Shown here one piece after another: positions 26,959 through 32,000 of a DNA stretch of 32,000 nucleotides (position 1 is its first letter; each line of letters starts with the position of its first letter). The position numbers and the translations under genes are program-made. Source of the DNA: Geotalea uraniireducens Rf4 (GTDB lineage Bacteria > Desulfobacterota > Desulfuromonadia > Geobacterales > Geobacteraceae); NCBI RefSeq assembly GCF_000016745.1, contig NC_009483.1, forward strand, positions 4,350,001 to 4,382,000, written 5' to 3'. The notes under the pieces were generated by a model. That model ran no database searches. It was not told the DNA's origin and was given only the letters and a program-made list of their open reading frames with translations.

Positions 26959-28034
26959 AAATATTCAGCCGCTACATCGCCACAGCCTATGCAAAGATGC
27001 TTGGCCTCTGCCTGGGAGCTTTTATTGCCATCTACCTGGTTGTCGATTTCCTGGAAAAAATCGGCCGTTTTGCCCGCGCCAATGCTGAATGGAAGTTTAT
27101 TGCCTTGTTCTTTCTGACTCGAGTCCCTGAAATCATCTGTCAGACTGCGTCAATGGCCGTCCTGATGGCCACACTCCTGACCCTCGGCATGCTCTCACTG
27201 AACAGCGAACTCACCGCCATGCGCGGCTGCGGGCTCAGCCTTGCTCGCATCACTGCACCGATCTTCGCCATCGCCTTTGCCGTCAGTCTCTCCACTCTAT
27301 TCGTAAGTGAATTTGTCATGCCCAGATGTAATACCCAGGGGCAATACATTCGAGAAGTATTGATAGACAAAAAGAGTCCAAGCACATTTTTCCGTCAGCA
27401 AAATATCTGGCACAAGGATGAGAATTATATCCTCAAAGCCAGACTTTTCGACCCGGCAACCGGCAACCTGAAGGGGATAACACTCTGGAAGACGGGGACG
27501 GAGATGGAGCCGCAACAGCGTATCGAAGCCACTCAGGGAGAACTTCGCGGCAACGACTGGCTTTTCAGGGATGTGGTCATCCGGGAAATGGCGGGGGGAA
27601 ACATAATAAGTACCAAGTCATTTCCAGCGCTGCTGGTTAAACTGAATCTGAAGGCAGCAGACCTGAAAGTAGTCGGAAAGTTCTCCGACAATATGGGAAT
27701 ACGCGAACTGATCAGTTATTGCGACAAGCTCAGGAAAGGGGGATACGATCCAACCAGGTTTCTGGCCCAGATGCACTCCAGGATCTCGCTTTCCTTTGCG
27801 CCGGTGATCATGGCTTTCATCGGAATACCCTTTGCCATGCGCGGCGGCCGTTCAAGCGGCATCGCACTCGGCATCGGCACAAGTCTCGGTATCGGCTTTG
27901 CCTATTTCATCATCAATTCGGTCATCCTCTCATTCGGCCAGGCCGGTGTGCTGCCGCCACTTGTTTCGGCCTGGGCGACAAATCTCATTTTTATTATGAT
28001 CGGCATATGGTTTGGCATGAAGGTGGAAATTTGA
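26955..28034 (+). CDS. lptG: LPS export ABC transporter permease LptG (YjgP/YjgQ family)
   Basis: 359-aa ORF starting (GTG) MKIFSRYIATAYAKMLGLCLGAFIAIYLVVDFLEK. It overlaps the lptF stop by 4 nt (GTGA). Confidence 0.85.
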   Translation: MKIFSRYIATAYAKMLGLCLGAFIAIYLVVDFLEKIGRFARANAEWKFIALFFLTRVPEIICQTASMAVLMATLLTLGMLSLNSELTAMRGCGLSLARITAPIFAIAFAVSLSTLFVSEFVMPRCNTQGQYIREVLIDKKSPSTFFRQQNIWHKDENYILKARLFDPATGNLKGITLWKTGTEMEPQQRIEATQGELRGNDWLFRDVVIREMAGGNIISTKSFPALLVKLNLKAADLKVVGKFSDNMGIRELISYCDKLRKGGYDPTRFLAQMHSRISLSFAPVIMAFIGIPFAMRGGRSSGIALGIGTSLGIGFAYFIINSVILSFGQAGVLPPLVSAWATNLIFIMIGIWFGMKVEI

Positions 28035-28093
28035 CAAGGGACCATGCCGTGGTTTAATTGGCGAAGGAGTTAAGCGTTGAAAGGAGTCCGACC

Positions 28094-29023
28094 GTGATAT
28101 CCCGTTTCATCGTTTTTTTGATCGTTATTACACTTGCGACTTTCCAGCCGGTCTTCGCGGCAAAGGGCAAAAAAGTGGCCCAACGGGCTGCTGCACAAAA
28201 GACGCCCGCCCCCCCGGAAGAGCAGAGCCCTCCCATCAACATCCTGAGCATCATCCCTGCCCAGGGTGAGCCGGGGGTAACCGTAACCCTCAGCGGCACT
28301 GGATTTACCGACAAGACCACTGCGTTTCTTGGTGGTGTCGGTATGCCGACGAAAGTGATAGGGCCCAAAATACTTACCTTCGACATACCCGATCTCCCCC
28401 CCGGACTCTATGCTCTCTTTTTAAGGCGGGAAGATGGAGCTACCAGCAAACCGTATAACTTTATACTACAGGCGCAAAAGCCGGTGGCGATGTCACTGTC
28501 GCCCGACACGATATACAATTGTGCCAGCGGGAAGGAGCGCGAAGTGGTTGTCAGTGGTCGGAATTTCCAGGAAGGGGCGCAGATCCTGCTGGACGGAGCT
28601 GCGATCAAAAGCCGCACTCTCTCGCGCGAATCCATTTCATTCAACGCTCCATCCCAGCTCTTCAGCGGACTCCACCAAGTGCAGGTGAAAAACCCTACGG
28701 ATGAAGTTTCCGGTGCGGTTGCCCTTTTCATCAATTCCAAGCCGGAGATTCTAAGCGTTAGTCAGGGGGGAGAGTTCGTCAATTACTATGAACTGATTAT
28801 CGAAGGGAAAAACTTTCAGCAGGGATCGACGCTCGTGGTGGATGGCGCAAATCTTAACAGTGGAACAGCACCCGCCACCGAACGTGAAAAGATTGTTTAT
28901 ATTGACTGCACCCGCCTCATTTACCAACGCCACCCGTACGACTCGACCCCGAAAAGCTTTAGTCTCCAGGTGATAAATCCAAACAGCGAGGAAAGCCCGG
29001 TAGTAACGGTGAATGCTCCGTGA
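28094..29023 (+). CDS. secreted protein with three IPT/TIG (Ig-like fold) domains
   Basis: The ORF track gives 28058..29023. I prefer the GTG at 28094 (MISRFIVFLIVITLATFQPVFAAKGKK, a signal peptide) with AAAGGAG 7 nt upstream. There are three IPT-like units: ILSIIPAQGEPGVTVTLSGTGF, the unit starting at VAMSLSPDT that contains EVVVSGRNFQEGAQILLDG, and PEILSVSQGGEFVNYYELIIEGKNFQQGSTLVVDG. Confidence 0.75.
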   Translation: MISRFIVFLIVITLATFQPVFAAKGKKVAQRAAAQKTPAPPEEQSPPINILSIIPAQGEPGVTVTLSGTGFTDKTTAFLGGVGMPTKVIGPKILTFDIPDLPPGLYALFLRREDGATSKPYNFILQAQKPVAMSLSPDTIYNCASGKEREVVVSGRNFQEGAQILLDGAAIKSRTLSRESISFNAPSQLFSGLHQVQVKNPTDEVSGAVALFINSKPEILSVSQGGEFVNYYELIIEGKNFQQGSTLVVDGANLNSGTAPATEREKIVYIDCTRLIYQRHPYDSTPKSFSLQVINPNSEESPVVTVNAP

Positions 29024-29122
29024 AAAGCGGTCGGCGGTCGGCGGTCGGCGGTCGGCAGTCGGCAGTCGGCGGTCGGCGGTCGGCGGTTTTAACTGCCGAC
29101 TGCCGACCGCCGACCGCTTTTC
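29022..29122. terminator. long GC-rich hairpin made of heptamer repeats, a likely bidirectional terminator between convergent genes
   Basis: The left arm is gaaaagcg plus 8 copies of GTCGGCR (29030-29085). The loop is gttttaa. The right arm is ctgccgactgccgaccgccgaccgcttttc (29093-29122). The right arm is the exact reverse complement of heptamer units 3-5, and it also pairs with units 6-8 through two G-U wobbles. Both strands end in CGCTTTTC after the stem. Confidence 0.6.
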
Positions 29123-29180
29123 AACTACCGACCGCTTTTCAACTACCGACCGCTTTTTTCACCTACCGCCCGCTTTTAAC
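29030..29180. repeat. composite simple-sequence array: 8 direct heptamers, 3 inverted heptamers, then about 4 tandem copies of an 18-nt unit CCGACCGCTTTTCAACTA
   Basis: The 18-nt units lie at 29110-29127 and 29128-29145. A 20-nt variant lies at 29146-29165 and a degenerate copy (ccgcccgcttttaac) at 29166-29180. The last copy is inside the 3' end of the VOC gene, where it encodes ...VKSGR plus the stop. Confidence 0.9.
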
Positions 29181-29579
29181 CGGCTGCTCCAGCACCACCA
29201 GGTAGCCGTCAGGGTCGAAACACCACAACTCCAATGTACCGTATGGCTTGCGCTCAAGCGGATAGAGGATTTCCAATCCCTCATCATCGAGAGCATCGCT
29301 TATCTCTTCAATGTCATTCACGCGAAAATGGAGGGTCAATCCTACCCCCTTCGGGTAGACGTTGAAGCGATCCCCCAGAATTGGATGAGCCTGAACCACG
29401 GCCGACTCCTCAACAAAGATAACGACACAACCGTCCTGTTCCATGACCAGGTGCTCTGGCGCACCGGGAGATGTCAGCGCTCTCTCCACGGACACATCCA
29501 GAATTCCCCCGTAAAAGGCTTCGGTGACCCCCAGATCCGCGACCGCCAGCTGCATGAAAACTCGCGCTTCGCCCGCCAC
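29163..29579 (-). CDS. VOC (glyoxalase/bleomycin-resistance/dioxygenase fold) family protein
   Basis: 138-aa ORF with FMQLAVADLGVTEAFYGGILDV...LHFRVNDIEEISDALDDEGLEILYPLERKPYGTLELWCFDPDGYLVVL, a typical single VOC beta-alpha-beta-beta-beta module pair. The start is either the GTG at 29579 or the ATG at 29555. Confidence 0.7.
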   Translation of the reverse strand: MAGEARVFMQLAVADLGVTEAFYGGILDVSVERALTSPGAPEHLVMEQDGCVVIFVEESAVVQAHPILGDRFNVYPKGVGLTLHFRVNDIEEISDALDDEGLEILYPLERKPYGTLELWCFDPDGYLVVLEQPVKSGR

Positions 29580-29586
29580 GCGCCCC

Positions 29587-30327
29587 TCACTCCCCGCCGA
29601 ACCAGATGGTCGTGTATCGGCTGAAAATGGAAAGATAATTGGTAAAAATAAGAATGCCGACGATGATCAGGAAAACCCCGGTAACGATCTCGAAGATGCG
29701 GATGTACTTTTTGAAACGGGTAAACAGGACAAGAAACTGGTGCATGGCCAATGAAGCCAAGAAGAACGGGATGGCAAGCCCCATGGAATAAGCAAGCAGC
29801 AGCCCTATCCCCCGATAGACGGTACTCTCGGTAGCCGCCACCATCAGGATCGAGGCGAGTATCGGACCGATGCAGGGAGTCCAGCCGGCGGCAAAAGCCA
29901 CGCCGACGACAAAACTGCCGAAAAAGCCGGCCGGTTTACGATGGAGGGTCAGCCGTTTCTCCCCAAGCAAAACCCCGATATCGAAAATTCCCGACACATG
30001 GATACCGAAAACAACGATGAGAACACCACCCACCCTTCTTAACGCGGTCATGTGCGCCTGGAGGAAACCGCCGATAAAGGTTGCAGAAGCACCGAGCAGA
30101 ACAAAGACAAAGGTAAAACCAGCGATAAAAAGGAGCGAATGGATAATCGTCTGCTGCCTGACCTTGTGAGACGGATGCTCCATCTGCAGGTCGCTGAAGG
30201 AAAGGCCGGTTATATAGGTGATATAGGAAGGAATAAGGGGGAGCACGCATGGTGAGAGGAACGAGAGAAAGCCCGCGATGAACGCTCCGACAACGGTTAT
30301 GTTGGTGGATTCCATGGTTCCCCCCAT
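29587..30327 (-). CDS. ccdA: cytochrome c biogenesis thiol-reductant transporter CcdA (DsbD transmembrane-domain family)
   Basis: Polytopic membrane ORF with FLSPCVLPLIPSYITYITG and ...AAGWTPCIGPILASIL, the two conserved Cys motifs of CcdA/DsbD-beta. The start is either the ATG at 30327 or the ATG at 30315. Confidence 0.88.
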   Translation of the reverse strand: MGGTMESTNITVVGAFIAGFLSFLSPCVLPLIPSYITYITGLSFSDLQMEHPSHKVRQQTIIHSLLFIAGFTFVFVLLGASATFIGGFLQAHMTALRRVGGVLIVVFGIHVSGIFDIGVLLGEKRLTLHRKPAGFFGSFVVGVAFAAGWTPCIGPILASILMVAATESTVYRGIGLLLAYSMGLAIPFFLASLAMHQFLVLFTRFKKYIRIFEIVTGVFLIIVGILIFTNYLSIFSRYTTIWFGGE

Positions 30328-30336
30328 TATTCCCTA

Positions 30337-30849
30337 TTACATCTGCGGCTTCATGATCTCATTGAAAAAAGCTACCACCTGCGGATCACTCCAATCCATA
30401 CCGCCAACAACTTTTTTTACTATAACACCCTTTTTGTCCAATATAAAGGTTTCCGGTACCCCGGTAGTTCCATAGCGTTTACTGATCGCCTGGTCGGTAT
30501 CAAGGAGTGCCGGCAACGCCGCCCCCGAATTCTTGAAAAATCGCTTTACAGCGTCCTTACCCCCCTCATCGATGGATACGGCCAGCATTTGGAAAGGTTT
30601 CCCGGCCATCATCCGATCCAGTCTGACCATGGACGGGATTTCTTCACGACAGGGAGGACACCAGGTCGCCCAGAAATTGAGGAAGACAACCTTCCCCCTG
30701 AAGTCCGAAAGGCGTACCTGACGGCCGGCTAAATCCTTCAAGGTGAAATCGGGCGCCACCTTCCCTTCTATGACCGGCTCCTCCTGGCGGGAACAACCGA
30801 TAACCGCAACACTAAATAAAATCATCACAGCAAAAATAATCTTTTTCAT
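30337..30849 (-). CDS. TlpA/ResA-like periplasmic thioredoxin-fold thiol:disulfide oxidoreductase, lipoprotein
   Basis: 170-aa ORF. MKKIIFAVMILFSVAVIGCSRQ contains a lipobox (VIGC). The active site is FWATWCPPCREEIP. Its ATG overlaps the upstream stop (ATGA). Confidence 0.88.
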   Translation of the reverse strand: MKKIIFAVMILFSVAVIGCSRQEEPVIEGKVAPDFTLKDLAGRQVRLSDFRGKVVFLNFWATWCPPCREEIPSMVRLDRMMAGKPFQMLAVSIDEGGKDAVKRFFKNSGAALPALLDTDQAISKRYGTTGVPETFILDKKGVIVKKVVGGMDWSDPQVVAFFNEIMKPQM

Positions 30850-32000
30850 CTTTTCCGCTCCTGGGGCGTAATATTGTATTTTTCCATACGGTAGATAAGG
30901 GTGTGGCGTGGAATACGGAGAAAACGGGCCGCGGCGGTCTGGTTCCAGTCGCTTCTCTCAAGCGCCTCGACAACGATCTCCCGCTCCAGTTGTTCAAGGG
31001 AATATCCTTCGGCAGGAAGATTAATCACACCGATTTCGCGGCTCTTCTTAACGCCGCGGAGCTTGGCCGGGAGATCCTCAACATCGATACTGTCGCTGTT
31101 GCGCATGATCAACAGGCGTTCAATGGTATTTTCCAGCTCCCGCACATTTCCCGGCCAGGGATAGTGCTTCATTACCTCCAGCGCCCGAGGGGCAAAGGTG
31201 ACACCTGCCCCACCATGCTTGGCAGTGAAATGTTTGATCAGCAGCAGAACATCATCCTCCCTTTCCCGTAAAGCGGGCAGATGAATCGGAATAACCGAGA
31301 GGCGATAATAGAGATCCTCGCGGAAGCGCCCTTCGGTTATGGCTGCTTCCAGATCCACGTTGGTGGCCGCCACAACCCTTACATCCAGCTTCTGCGAAGT
31401 GGTTCCCCCCACCGGCTCGACAATTCTCTCCTGCAAGGCGCGCAAAAGCTTGGGTTGGAGGTCAACCGGCAACTCCCCCACTTCATCGAGAAATAGGGTT
31501 CCTCCATCGGCTGACTGGAACTTGCCGACCTTATCCCTGACCGCCCCGGTAAATGCCCCTTTCACATGACCGAACAGCTCGCTCTCAAGAAGGTCTCTGG
31601 GAATGGCGGCACAGTTTATCGGCACAAAGGGAGAAGCCCTGCGGGAACTGAGTGAATGTATCGACTTGGCCACCAGTTCTTTGCCGGTGCCCGACTCGCC
31701 GGTTATTAATACTGTCGCTTCCGTATCGGCAACCTTACGCACGATGGCAAAGACCCGCTCCATCCCCCGGGAAATACCGATGATGTTTCTGAACTCGGCC
31801 CGCTCGGTCAGTTCCTCCTTTAAAAGCCGGTTTTCTTCAGACAATCCCTGCAGCTCCAATGCTTTCTTTACCACCAGTTTGAGCTGATCACGGTTGAACG
31901 GTTTGGTGATGTAATCATAGGCGCCAAGCTTCATCGCCTCAATTGCCGTATCGATCGCGCCAAAGGCGGTAATTACGATAACCAGGGTGGCGGGAGAGCG
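30846..32000 (-). CDS. sigma54-dependent response regulator (NtrC family), truncated at its N-terminal receiver domain by the window end
   Basis: The frame stays open to the window edge. It has the receiver-domain end (KLGAYDYITKPF), an AAA+ core with Walker A GESGTGKE, the GAFTGA motif (KGAFTGA) and Walker B LFLDEVGEL, and a C-terminal Fis-type HTH (AARFLRIPRHTLIYRMEKY). Confidence 0.9.
   Translation of the reverse strand, partial: RSPATLVIVITAFGAIDTAIEAMKLGAYDYITKPFNRDQLKLVVKKALELQGLSEENRLLKEELTERAEFRNIIGISRGMERVFAIVRKVADTEATVLITGESGTGKELVAKSIHSLSSRRASPFVPINCAAIPRDLLESELFGHVKGAFTGAVRDKVGKFQSADGGTLFLDEVGELPVDLQPKLLRALQERIVEPVGGTTSQKLDVRVVAATNVDLEAAITEGRFREDLYYRLSVIPIHLPALREREDDVLLLIKHFTAKHGGAGVTFAPRALEVMKHYPWPGNVRELENTIERLLIMRNSDSIDVEDLPAKLRGVKKSREIGVINLPAEGYSLEQLEREIVVEALERSDWNQTAAARFLRIPRHTLIYRMEKYNITPQERKR

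Noticed and set aside
29110-29180. The 18-nt tandem repeats considered as a mini CRISPR array.
   Set aside because: The units are directly adjacent with no spacers and are far shorter than CRISPR repeats. No cas genes are in the window.
29013-29624. Plus-strand ORFs (203 aa and 61 aa) reading SAVGGRRSAVGSRRSAVGG... through the repeat region.
   Set aside because: The sequence is simply the heptamer microsatellite translated in frame. The rest is antisense to the VOC gene.

Overview
The window looks like a Geobacter-type (Desulfuromonadales-like) chromosome segment. This assignment rests on protein sequences and gene order only, since no database search was possible. From 1 to 25574 every gene is on the minus strand. 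The run contains two housekeeping clusters. One is ilvD-ilvB-ilvN-ilvC (1-4393). The other is rpsB-tsf-pyrH-frr-uppS-cdsA-dxr-rseP-tsaB (17797-25574). Between them sits a 12.8-kb, three-gene accessory module (4605-17442), which is the main finding. Its first gene is a 1691-aa secreted multiheme cytochrome in which I count 29 CXXCH and 7 CX4CH motifs by hand. The second is a 2286-aa secreted giant with two beta-propeller (SBBP-like) blocks, about 11 fibronectin-III-like domains and a C-terminal lectin-like domain. The third is a 290-aa secreted protein with two carboxypeptidase-regulatory-like beta-sandwich domains. The three genes are separated by two 14-nt gaps that each carry a ribosome-binding site, and they are preceded by a 354-nt non-coding region with an extremely AT-rich core. 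Downstream on the plus strand are lptF-lptG and a secreted protein with three IPT/TIG domains. These are followed by an unusual heptanucleotide-microsatellite hairpin with 18-nt tandem repeats, which acts as a convergent-gene spacer. The window ends with a minus-strand operon: a sigma54-type response regulator (truncated by the window edge), a TlpA/ResA-like thioredoxin lipoprotein, CcdA and a VOC/glyoxalase-fold protein. I found no rRNA, tRNA, CRISPR array, transposase or integrase. Novelty cannot be established without database searches, and all domain calls come from motif recognition by eye.
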